Source of the DNA: Octopus vulgaris | Lineage: Eukaryota | NCBI GenBank assembly: GCA_951406725.2 | Contig: OX597815.1 | Coordinates: forward strand, 191,456,001 to 191,520,000 | Length of the DNA stretch: 64,000 bases | Reading direction: 5' to 3' | In this document: in pieces, positions 13,150-25,012 of the stretch | Layout: each line of letters begins with the position of its first letter | Numbering within the stretch: position 1 is the stretch's first letter | Translations under genes and position numbers: made by a program | The notes under the pieces: model-generated | Database searches by the model: none | What the model was told of the DNA's origin: nothing | What the model saw: only the letters and a program-made list of their open reading frames with translations

Positions 13150-14507
13150 TTTGTAGAATAAGAACAGGGCTTTCATTTCCACATTATGTTAAACTATTTA
13201 CTCCCATCTCCAACACTGAGGTTAACAGCCTGAAAAACTATAAGCTTCTTTACAACAACCATTCCAACATGAGGTTATTAACCTTTCAAATTAATAGTAT
13301 TTTTGAGAGCAGCCCATCCTAATTGTTTAGATATTTATATTTTGTATGTTGCAGTATCATTGAAGATTTTAGCTGGGAAGGACATGGTGTTGTAGCTTGA
13401 TGGCATCTTGCTTGAGCCAACGACAGTCAGAAAGCAGCCTCTCTCTTTCTCTTTACTCTTTTACTTGTTTCAGTCATCTGACTGCGGCCATGCTGGAGCA
13501 CCGCCTTTAGTCGAGAAAATCGACCCCGGGACTTATTCTTTGTAAGCCCAGTACTTATTTTATCGGTCTCTTTGCCGAACTGATAAGTGACGGGGACGTA
13601 AACACACCAGCATCGGTTGTCAAGCAATGCTAGGGGGACAAACACAAACACATATATATAGATATATACGACAGGCTTCTTTCAGTTTCCGTCTACCAAA
13701 TCCACTCACAAAGCATTGGTTGGCCTGGGGCTATAGCAGAAGACACTTGCCCAAGATGCCACGCAGTGGGACTGAACCCGGAACCATGTGGTTGGTAAGC
13801 AAGCTACTTACCACACAGCCACTCCTGCACCTATGTTATCCTACCAGAATGAAAATAAGTAGAGGCATACAGAAAATGATACTAAATTGATAAAGTTACT
13901 TATATAGGAAAAACCCGGAAAATGTAAATATTAATTCATATAAAATCTGGAATATATATATATATATATATATATATAGCGAATCCTGCAAGCATGAAGT
14001 GGATTTGATCCACCATAGCCAAATTTAAATCAACACTGCTACAGAACTCCCCCCCCCCCCGCGATGGAACAATGGTTTTTCTCTGACAGCAGTTTTACAT
14101 TTCCCAGATGCATTAGCTAGGCCAAAATAATGTCTTCACCACTTGACCCTTTCTAACATCTTCTACTTCACCATAAGCTAGAATAGAGGTAACAAGACCA
14201 CCAACTAGATCTATTGTTCTCAATGATATATCTATCCTTCTGGATCTTAATATAAGCAAGCACATCCCAAGCAAAAATCAGTAACTTGTCGGCAACTGAA
14301 CAAGGCATAACGTGACGACTCAATTAGTAAGGAAAGGACTGCTAGCATTTAATTCCTACCAGCAACTTCTGACAACGTCCCACACTCTCTCGCTCTCACT
14401 AGCTTGAACCCTGTTCTCTTACAACATCATTCTATCACTCTCAGCAATTACTACTAACAACGAAGAGAACACAAACCAAATATTCTACTGCATGAAGTAG
14501 ATTTGAT

Positions 14508-14893
14508 CCGGTGGTACGTAAAAAGCACCACCCGACTGTGTCCGTTGCCAGCCCCGCCCTGACTGGCCCCCGTGCTGGTGGCACGTAAAAAGCACCACCC
14601 GACCGTGTCCGTTGCCAGCGCTGCCCCGACTGGCCCCCCTGCCGGTGGCACGTAAAAAGCACCATCCGTCTGTGGCCGTTTGCCAGCCCCGTCTGGCACT
14701 TGTGCGGGTGGCACGTAAAAAGCACCCACTACACTCACGGAGTGGTTGGCGTTAGGAAGGGCATCCAGCCATAGAAGCACTGCCAGATCAGACTGGGCCT
14801 GGTGCAGCCTTCTGGCTTCCCAGACCCCAGTTGAACCGTCCAACCCATGCTAGCATGGAAAGCGGGCGCTAAATGATGATGATGATGATGATG
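14508..14893 (+). mobile_element. RTE 3'-UTR fragment with 4 tandem modules. Other copies ~735-1075(-), 3543-3830(-), 6210-6612(+), 8867-9330(+), 11760-12338(+), 15458-15690(+), 17546-17985(-), 20640-20787(+), 22262-22440(+), 23100-23430(-), 27082-27357(-), 30185-30377(+), 33377-33700(-), 34000-34241(+), 35398-35730(-), 44468-44666(-), 44858-45225(-), 47083-47635(-), 49833-49972(+), 51510-51900(-), 51960-52175(+)
   Basis: All share GGTTGGCGTTAGGAAGGGCATCCAGC...CCAACCCATGCTAGCATGGAAA, usually followed by a (GAT)n tail, matching the end of the RTE at 41779-43330. Confidence 0.9.
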
Positions 14894-15692
14894 ATATATA
14901 TATATATATGCAAATATTCAAATGTTTACATTTGGAATACGATAATACTATTGTTAATATTATCTGTGGTGAATATTTGTAATTGATAATATTAACAACA
15001 GTAACATAGGCAGTTCCAGGTTTAATAGCATTATATAGCTATAAAATTTTAAATTAGCCCGAAGCATCAACCTGTTTAGAAATAGGAGTTAAAGTCCCTC
15101 ACTCAAACCCACACACCCAAGGAAGATTTTAAATGAACAGACACTGTAGAGAGTCAAGATTAACTTCCAATGCATTGAAGTTCTACCTACGATAGCTAGA
15201 CTTGCTGAAATTTTGAAGTCACTATCAATAAAATTCTGGCTTAAGAATAATAAATTTGTACTCTAATCTGATGAGTTATTCTAACTTTTGTAATGTAAAA
15301 ATTAGGAGAGTATTGTGGTCCGCCGGAAGGATTATGTATTGTTTGTGAAATATAACATGTCTTATGGCACAGCAATGCAGAGTGGACTATAACAAGTAAT
15401 CATCATCGTTTAATGTTCGCTTTCCATGCTAGCATGGGTTGTTATAATATAATTATTCGCACCATCCGAGCGTGGCCGTTTGCCAGCCTCGTCTGGCACC
15501 TGTGCAGGTGGCACATTAAAAACAACCACTACACTCTCGGAGTGGTTGGCGTTAGGAGGGGCATCCAGCTGTAGAAACACTGCGAGATCAGACTGGGCCT
15601 GGCGCAGCCTTCTGGCTTCCCAGACCCCAGCTGAACCGTCCAACCCATGCTAGCATGGAAAACAGACGTTAAATGATGATGATGATGATGAT

Positions 15693-15875
15693 AGTCTAAT
15701 ATAATATTTTGGAATATAAAAATTCCTTCTTCAGATATTGCTAGGAATTGATCGAGCCACTTCTATAATCGGATGGATAGATAAAAAAAAACAAAACGAT
15801 AATAGCAGTGACTTGATCAATTCCTAGCAATATCTGAAGAAGGAATTTTTATATTCCGAAATATTATATCAGACT
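15693..15875. repeat. fold-back (inverted repeat) carrying a CTGAAGA(A)..GAAA hammerhead-like motif in each arm
   Basis: Arms ~15693-15770 and ~15797-15875; right arm CTGAAGA-AGGAAT-loop-ATTCC-GAAA-TATTATATC. Confidence 0.75.
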
Positions 15876-15998
15876 TATGACTAATTAAATTAAAACAGTT
15901 ATTATAGTCCACTTTGCATTGTTGTGCCATTCAAGACACGTTTATAATTCACTAATGCAAAATTGTTTTTATTATAACTGACCATAAAAACAAACATT

Positions 15999-16089
<91 letters not shown>

Positions 16090-16524
16090 CGCAGGAGTGG
16101 CTGTGTGGTAAGTAGCTTGCTAACCAACCACATGGTTCCGGGTTCAGTCCCACTGCGTGGTACCTTGGGCAAGTGTCTTCTACTATAGCCTCGGGCCGAC
16201 TAAAGCCTTGTGAGTGGGTTTGGTAGACGGAAACTGAAAGAAGCCCGTCGTATATATCTATATATATGCGTGTGTGTGTTTGTGTGTCTGTGTTTGTCCC
16301 CCTAGCATTGCTTGACAACCGATGCTGGTGTGTTTATGTCCCCGTTACTTAGCGGTTCGGCAAAAGAGACCGATAGAATAAGTACTGGGCTTACAAAAGA
16401 ATAAGTCCCAGGGTCGAGTTGCTCGACTAAAGGCGGTGCTCCAGCATGGCCGCAGTCAAAAGACTGAAACAAGTAAAAGAGTATATATACATATACACAC
16501 ACACACACACATATATATACATAT

Positions 16525-16579
<55 letters not shown>

Positions 16580-18138
16580 CATATATATGGGTGAGCTGTT
16601 AATGTAGGACAAGTAGTAAACAGAGACTTATAACACAGTATCAATTTTCAACAGAAACTCTTCTATCTCAGTTATGTCATTAAGTCTATTTTTGTGAGTG
16701 GGGGAGGCTCCCTACATGTTAAACTGTTCTAATTCTGCTCTTCTAAAATTATAGAGGATTGTGCGACATACACATATATCAGTTTCTTTTATCTATTCAT
16801 CCATCCATCCATTCACGTGTGGGAGTGTGTGAGTATAAATTCTGTTCAACTCAGATAAACCTTTTCCCCTTGTTTCATTCGTTGACCTACTTTTAACTTC
16901 CAAACAGGTGTAAATCCAAATCCCATCCAAGTTTTCTCAAACAACCTCTTCTTCATTCTTACTTCACTTCTGTCACTTTCTAGCACCTACACTGAGACAA
17001 ACGATAACTTTTCTGCTGTGTAAGCCTCGTCGTTATCATCATCATCATCATCCTCAAGGCGGCAAGCTGGCAGAATCGTTAACAAATCGGATGAAATGCT
17101 TAATGGTATTTCACTCGTCATTATGTTCTGAGTTCAAATTCCGCCGAGGTCGACTTTGCCCTTCATCCTTTTAGGGTCAATAAATTAAGTACCAGTTATG
17201 TACTCGGGTCGATTTATCTCCACCCCCAAAATTTCAGGCCTTGTGCCTATAATAGAAAGGATTATTATCATTCCCTTCAAGGCAGCGAACTGGCAGAATC
17301 GTTAGCAAATTGGCTGAAATGCATAGCGGTATGTCGCTCATCGCTATGTTCTGAGTTCAAATTCTGCCAAGGTCGACTTTACCTTTCATCCTTTCAGGGT
17401 CGATAAAATAAGTACCAGTTAAACACTGGGGTCAATGTAATCAACTCATCCCCACCTCCCTCAAGCTGCCCTTGTGGCAAAAATTTGAAATAATTATTAT
17501 CATCCTCCTCCCATTCGAAAACAGTTGACTGCCACAAGCTTCAGTCATCATCATCATCATCATCGTTTAACGTCCACTCTCCATGCTAACATGAGCTGGA
17601 TGATTTGACTGAGGACTAGCAAACCAGATGGCAGCACCATGCTCCAATCTTGATTTAGCAGAGTTTCTACAGCTGAATGCTCTTCCTAACACCAACCATT
17701 CCGTGAGTGTCGTAGGTACTTTTACGTGCCACCGGCATGAGGGCCAGTCAGGCGGTACTTGGCAACGGCCATGCTCAAATGGTGCTTTTAATTCAGAAGC
17801 CAGTCCAGTGGCACTGACAATGACCTCGCTCGAATGATTTTTCATGTGCCACCAGCACAAGTGCCAGTAAGGCAACACTGGCAACGATCACGCTTGAATG
17901 GTGGTTTTACATGCCACCTGCACGGAAGCCAGTTAGCTGCTCTGGCAACGATCACGCTCGGATGGTGCTCTTAGCGCTCCACAAGCAATGTATTATACAA
18001 ATTGTAATGGCTGAATAAAATCTGTGAAAAGTTACTTTTTACTTTTGTCAATTTATTTTGGTACAACCCTTACTGTACATCTCTTAGCCTTCACTGAAAC
18101 CGATTCCCAAACATTTCTATAAACATTACATATATGAC

Positions 18139-18520
18139 GGAGGCGCAATGGCCCAGTGGTTAGGGCAGCGGACTCGTGGTCGTAGGATCGCGGTTTCGAT
18201 TCCCAGACCGGGCGTTGTGAGTGTTTATTGAGCGAAAACACCTAAAGCTCCACGAGGCTCCGGCAGGGATGGTGGTGATCCCTGCTGTACTCTTTCACCA
18301 CAACCTTCTCTCACTCTTACTTCCTGTCTCTGTTCTACCTGTATTTCAAAGGGCCGGCCTTGTCACTCTCTGTGTCACGCTGAATATCCCCGAGAACTAC
18401 GTTAAGGGTACACGTGTCTGTGGAGTGCTCAGCCACTTACATGTTAATTTCATGAGCAGGCTGTTCCGTTGATTCGGATCAACCAGAACCCTCGTCGTCG
18501 TAACCGACGGAGTGCTTCCA
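18139..18520 (+). mobile_element. tRNA-derived SINE family C with target-site duplication
   Basis: Full length; TSD CATATATGAC at 18129-18138 and 18523-18532. Confidence 0.92.
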
Positions 18521-18609
18521 CGCATATATGACAGCACACCAAAAAGACAAACATGAAACAACAGCCGAAATTGTAAAGGAGAGAGTATATATTAGTATAC
18601 CGCATTTAC

Positions 18610-18743
18610 CTGGTCTCCGTCCTGTAGAAGTTGGAGCTGGAGTAACTTTCCGTTTTTTGGGTGCTTTTGGTTCTACCTCTGAAGGATGGTAGTCTGAATC
18701 ACTGTCGTTCGTCTGTTCCACTAAATCAACATTCCGGTAATCT
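18610..18743 (-). CDS. zinc-finger gene exon 3 (NLS, first half of AT-hook)
   Basis: 134 nt, ttttgtcag|...|gtaaat; DYRNVDLVEQTNDSDSDYHPSEVEPKAPKKRKVTPAPTSTGRRP(G); phase 2-1. Confidence 0.9.
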
Positions 18744-19106
18744 CTGACAAAAGTAGATAATTGTAGAGTCAAGAAGGTGTTGTTGAAAAACATGGCACAT
18801 TCAAAGTGATTTAGAAAATAGCCATATTTTTTTTAATCTGCAGCTTTAATTTTTTGTTCCTCTTTTGACATTTCTAATTTAGCCCTTCTATAATTTTTCT
18901 TATGAAAAGCACTGCACAAATATTTGTGTTTCAATTAATTTTGGAAGCATTTAGTAAAATAGCATAACATTTTTATGAAGCTATGATTTGAATGTAACCG
19001 ACAGAATGGTTCTTAAATGAATATTAAAAAAATGGAAAGTTTTAATTTAAATATAAACACTAAAATGAGAGATTTTGTATTCTACAGGCAGAAATAGTCA
19101 CAAAGT

Positions 19107-19336
19107 CGGTGAGCTGGCAGAAACGTTAGCATGCCGGGTGAAATACTTAGCAGTATTTTGTCTGCCGTTACGTTCTGAGTTCAAATTCAGCCGAGGTCGA
19201 CTTTGCATTTCATCCTTTTGGGGTCGATAAGTTAAGTACCAGTTACGCACTGGGGTCGATGTAATCGACTTAATCCCTTTGTCTGTCTTTGTTTGTCCCC
19301 TCTATGTTTAGCCCCTTGTGGGTAATAAAGAAATAA
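19107..19336 (+). mobile_element. MetaSINE-like tRNA SINE family D. Other copies ~3310-3445(-), 6740-6870(-), 17056-17490(+, dimer), 29596-30160(+, multimer), 39165-39360(+), 45798-46036(-), 62366-62783(+, dimer), 63885-63990(-)
   Basis: tRNA-like head (GAGCTGGCAGAA, GAGTTCAAATTC) followed by GAGGTCGACTTTGCCTTTCATCCTTTCGGGGTCGATAAATTAAGTACC, resembling the Meta domain as recalled. Confidence 0.85.
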
Positions 19337-19429
19337 GAAATACTCATGAACAAGTTGGTATTGAAAGGGTTTAAGGATGTCAAAAATAACTGAATGATAT
19401 TTACCATACTAGTATATTTTAGTAATTAA

Positions 19430-20118
19430 CCCTTTTGATACTAACCTACATGAGATTGCTCCTGATATCATGATAAAAACCATTTGATTTAACCCTTTTG
19501 CTACCAATCTGACTGAAACCGGCTCAGGCTCTGTATACAAATGTCTTGTTTTCATAAGTCTTGAATTAAAATCTTCCACCAAACCTGAGTCACAATTTAT
19601 GTTCCTAACATTAGCTTAATGATAGCTAAGTTATTTTATTAAATTCTTGATTATATTTAAAATTAATTGAAAGAAACACAGAGCATATCAACAGAAATAT
19701 GGTAACAAAAGGGTTAACAAATGATAATTTAACCCTTTCGATACCAACCCGGCTGAAACCACCTTTGGCTCTGTAGCACAAAATGTCTTGTTTTCATAAG
19801 TTTTGAATTAAAAACTTCCACCAAGCCTTAGTCACAATTTATGTTCCTAACATTAGCTTAATGATAGCTAAGTTATTTTATTAAATTCTTGATTATATTT
19901 AAAATTAATTGAAAGAAACACAGAGCATCTCAAAAGAAATATGGTAACAAAAGGGTTAATGTGATCTAAATTAAAACTTTCTATTAAAAATTCACATTAA
20001 TTTGTGTTCCAAACACCAGCTTAATAACTAATTTACTTTATTAAATTTTTAAAAAAATTATTTTAAATTAATGGAAACAAAGGCATTGTGTTTCATCAAA
20101 AATATGGTAATGAAAGTG
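19430..20118 (+). mobile_element. nest of three piggyBac-like TTAA MITEs (inner copies 19493-19713 and 19733-19955)
   Basis: TTAA|CCCTTTYG ... AAAGGG|TTAA termini; same family at 27371-27588(-) and 36059-36272(+). Confidence 0.85.
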
Positions 20119-23100
20119 TTAAAAGCTATACCCATACAGACATACATTTTCTTGGAAACAAGCTGTACCTTTCTATGGAAAGGATGCAGTCAACTGAATC
20201 AATCTCTAGTCTATGACTGTGACTGATTTTACTGAGTTCACAGAAAAGGGAACTCAAGTGAATCTGACAGAAATTTAACATAACAACTAGAGAAATAAAA
20301 CTAAATCCTGTTTTTACCTCTTCAATGAAGTTTAATAATGACGACAACAACAACAGCAATAATGCTTTTCTCAAGACACTTTTTAAAAAGAGAAAATAGT
20401 ACATTTGATCAAATGAACAGGTTTCTACTTTTTATTCTTTTACTTGTTTCGTTTTGACTGGAGCCATGCTGGAGCACCACCTTTAGTCAAGCACATCGCC
20501 CCCCCCCCCCGGACTTATTCTTTGTAAGCCTAGCACTTATTCTATTGGTCTCTTTTGCCGAACCGCTAAGTTACAGGTACGTAAACACACCAGCATCGGT
20601 TGTCAAGCGATGCTGGTGGGGACACACACATACATACATATGTGGTTGGCTTTAGGAAGGGCATCAAGCTGTAGAAACACTGCCAGATCAGACTGGAGCC
20701 TGGTGCAGACTCCTAGCTTCCCAGACCCCAGTCGTATCGTCCAACCCATGCTAGCATGGAAAACCAACGTTAAACGATGATGATGATTATATATATATAC
20801 ATATACATGACAGGCTTCTTTCAGTTTCTGTCTACCAAATCCACTCACAAGGCTTTGGTAGGCCTGAGGCTATAGTAGAAGACACTTGCCCAAGGTGCCA
20901 CGCAGTGGGACTGAACCCAGAACCATGTGGTTGGTTAGCAAGCTACTTACCACACAGCCACAATCAATATTTATTAAATAAAGATGTTTAATTGAGTAAA
21001 AATCAAAAGCTGGAGTCTTTAAAACAATTTGAATTTATCTTCGACTTGGTCCTGTAACAACACTGATGTTAAGTTGCATGGACAGGGAAAACCCACCGTA
21101 TGGACAACCACTGGTCTTCCACACAACCATGTCTAGGCTTGTACTCTCTTTGAAGGCAGATCCAAGACCTCTCAAGACTGAAGGATGCACATAACCCTAT
21201 AGCTTAAAGCAACCAGAACAATTGTGGAAATCAGGTATATCCACTCAAAATTAACAGAGGAAAGCAGTTTTATAAACCAATCTATTTTCTGTTGAGGACT
21301 GTCATGTTTGAAACTAGTTCATCTTGAGATATGTCAAGTTCATTGAAGCAACAAAACTTGCAGAAAATACCAATTCTGTTTTTTTTGTAGATATTTAAGA
21401 CCACAACTGGAATAACTATGAAATTTAATTTCATAATTAAAGGGTTTGTAGCACCCTCTCAGATAATTAGATAAAAAAAAATTTTTTAAAAGGGATGTAG
21501 CTTGAGTGACCTTCCATAGAATGTTCTGGAACATTCCATGAATTTCAAGATAACCTGGAAGTGAGGGACTTCCACTCCACATATTATAAAAGGAAAAAAA
21601 CGAAAGTTAATCTTCCCTTATTGCATTTGAGCTTTGGATGAGAAGCATTGAGTGTATGTAGGTTGTTCTCACAACCGTCCTCCGATTATAAAACATATTG
21701 TTTTTATTTCAAGGTATTCTTGTATACTATGTCGCATACACAACATTGAGAAACTGTTATCTGTAAAGTTGAAGCAGACACCACAATGGATAAAACCATT
21801 ATTGTTCCTGTTTAAGGATTTTCTTTGGGTTGTTTTGTTCTGTTGAACGTTGAGGAGTTTTCACTGAGAAGATGAATATGTTATAGTGATCCTGCCAAAG
21901 TTTCCTTCAAAGTTAAATTAGTGGTTGGCATGCCAGAGGTGTCTACTGGAGCAGACAACCCAATGTCTAATTCACTAAAGGTTAAACAAGTTGTATCACT
22001 TCTCTGCTAGGATAATCACAATCCTTTCTACTATAGGCACAATGCCAGCAGTTTCAGGGAAACATGATAAGTCAATTATAACAGATTGACTTTTCCTTTT
22101 GTACTTTTGTGCTTATTTTATCAACCGCAAAAGTACAAAAGGAAAAGTCAATCTTAGGCGTATTTTAACCCAGAACATAAAGATAGATGAAATGTTGCAA
22201 AGCATTTTGTCTAATGTGCTAACAATTCTTCCAGTTCACAAACTTTGTTTGTATAATTATAAAAAAAGCACCCACTACACTCACGGGGTGGTTGGCGTTA
22301 GGAAGGGCATCCAGCCGTAGAAACACTGCCAGATCAGACTAGGCCTGATGCAGCCTTCTGGCTTCACAGACCCCAGTTGAACTGTCCAACCCATGCTAGC
22401 ATGGAAAGCGGACGCTAAATAATGATGATAATGATGATGATTATATATATATATCCAGGCCTATTCCCCATTTTTTTTAGAAGTGGGTAGCCACAACAAG
22501 GCACACACCAGGCATTCCATTCATTTCCCAGCTCAAAGAGGCGAGCCCTGTTCTATACTCGGGGCAAGGCATAGAAAGCAACCCCCAATATCAGCAGTGG
22601 GGCCCTGACAGCATATGCTGGTTCCGTATCCCTTTGAGCAACATCAAATTCAATCATCCATCCACAAACACTCTCCAAGATTTCCTATCATTTATAAACT
22701 CTCTTGCCTCTCACACTCCAACACCTCTAACCACCAAGATTTCCTCACTCCATCCATCCATCCACACAAACCGAAGTCTGCCTCTAGTTCTACTGCCTAC
22801 TACTTCAGTCTTCATCACCCTCCTTACCATCCGCACCTCATCCATCCTCTCCATTCATATATCTAATTTGGTTGTTAGTTTTTCTCTCATTCCTGCTCAT
22901 CTTCACACCTTCTCATTCCTCATCCTGTCCATCCATGTCACAGGACATGGATGATATAATCATGATGCTAGCAATTTCTATCACAAGTTCAATATTCCAA
23001 AGTTTTGAGAAATGGCACAACTAGTTTAATCTAATCCTATTCTTGACCAGTTCTTATTTAATTGATCCTTATCCCGACCATCATGGTTCTCTGTTGGGCA

Positions 23101-24588
23101 TACGTCTGCTTTCCATGCTAGCATGGGTTGGACGATTTGACTGAGGGCTGGCGAACCAGATGGCTGCACCAGACTCCAATCTGATCTGGCAGAGTTTCTA
23201 CAGCTGGATGCCCTTCCTAACGCCAACCACTCCGAGAGTGTAGTGGGTGCTTTTACGTGCCACCGTCACGGGGCCAGTCAGGCGGTACTGGCAACGACCT
23301 TGCTCGAATCTTTTACACATGCCACCGGCACAGGTGCCAGTAAGGCAATTCTGGTAACGATCATGCTTGAATGGTGTCTTTTACGTGCCAGATAACCGCT
23401 CTGGCAACGATCACACTCGGATGGTGCTCCTTTAATGCCTAACCACTCCCCTTAGCTTACCTGTACTTAGCTATGCAAGTTAACATTCTACATTCACTGG
23501 TTCATACTTCCTGAAAGGATAAGTTCTACCATACCATTTCAGACTAGTTACTGGGTATAAAGATGAATCTCCATTTGTGTTTACAACTTAATGGGTAGGC
23601 CAATAAAGGAGACTATATGTGGTCGCTCATATCAGCCAATTAGCTCTCAATTCATGATGTATTATGTTAAGGAAGAACACACCTGATATTGAAGTCCCAG
23701 GTATATCTAAAAGACTGGATGGTTACAAATGAAATACCTTTAATTATAAGTCTGCTCAGGCGTAGGAGTGGCTATGTGGTAAGTAGCTTATGAACCACAT
23801 GATTCTAGGTTTAGTCCTACTGCGTGGCACCTTGAGCAAGTGTCTTCTACTATAGCCTCGGGCCGACCAAAGCCTTGTGAGTGGATTTGGTAGACGGAAA
23901 CTGAAAGAAGCCCTCATATATATATATATATATTTATATGTATGTATATGTATGTGTGTGTATATGTTTGTGTGTGTGTTTGTCCTCCCAACGTCGCTTG
24001 ACAACCGATGCTGGTGTGTTTACGTTCCCGTAACTTAGCGGTTCGGCAAAGTGACTGATAGAATAAGTACTAGGCTTACAAAGAATAAGTCCTGGGATCG
24101 ATTTGCTCGACTAAAAACGGTGCTTCAGCATGGCCACAGTCTGAAACAAGTAAAGAGAGTAATCAAAATTGTCCAATGATATCTTTTACTTTTTTCGATC
24201 ATTTGACCATGTTGGGGTGGGGTCGTCTTGAAGCACTTTTATTCCAATGGATCGACCCCAGAACTTTTTTTTATTTTTAAAGCTTGGTACTTATTCTATC
24301 GGTCTCTTTTGCAGAACAGCTAAGTTACGGGAAGGTAAACACACCAACACCGGTTGTTAAATGGTGGTGGGAGACAAAGACACACACACACGACGGGCTA
24401 CTTTCTGTTTCCGTCTACGAAATCCACTTACAAAACTAAAACAAAAACAAAAAAGAAGAAAAAAGAAAAATCCAATGAACATAATTGTTAATTATTTCAT
24501 TTCTTGTTGGCCTATCTAGTCTTCGTTCCAATTCGAAATATACAACGATTTTCTTCAACACACCTAAAACGCAGACAATTAAGTATTT

Positions 24589-24754
24589 AGGCGCAGGAGT
24601 GGCTGTGTGGTAAGTAGCTTGCTAACCAACCACATGGTTCCGGGTTCAGTCCCACTGCGTGGCATCTTGGGCAAGTGTCTTCTGCTATAGCCCCGGGCCG
24701 ACCAATGCCTTGTGAGTGGATTTGGTAGACGGAAACTGAAAGAAGCCTGTCGTA

Positions 24755-24817
<63 letters not shown>

Positions 24818-25012
24818 CTGTGTTTGTCCCCCTAGCATTGCTTGACAACCGATGCTGGTGTGTTTACGTCCCCGTCACTTAGCGGTTCGGCAAAAAGAGA
24901 CCGATGGAATAAGTACTGGGCTTACAAAGAATAAGTCCCGGGGTCGATTTGCTCGACTAAAGGCGGTGCTCCAGCATGGCCGCAGTCAAATGACTGAAAC
25001 AAGTTAAAGAGA
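24589..25012 (+). mobile_element. tRNA-derived SINE family A with internal TA/TG microsatellite. Other copies ~5415-5833(+), 7897-8288(+), 9345-9729(-), 11113-11525(-), 13445-13831(-), 16087-16482(+), 20430-20960(-), 23758-24160(+), 25968-26229(-), 29003-29402(+), 31177-32100(+), 33244-33905(+), 40445-40850(-), 41038-41442(+), 46172-46567(+), 49115-49595(-), 49617-50224(+), 50993-51432(+), 53814-54226(-), 54812-55380(+), 56612-57017(+), 60172-60608(-)
   Basis: A box GTGGCTGTGTGGTAAG, B box GGTTCAGTCCC, CTTGGGCAAGT CORE-like start, (AAAGAGT)n-type tail; many highly similar copies. Confidence 0.93.

Noticed and set aside
18139-18215. tRNA-like sequences with A and B boxes
   Set aside because: They are SINE heads continuing into repeat bodies, with no complete cloverleaf acceptor stem or terminator
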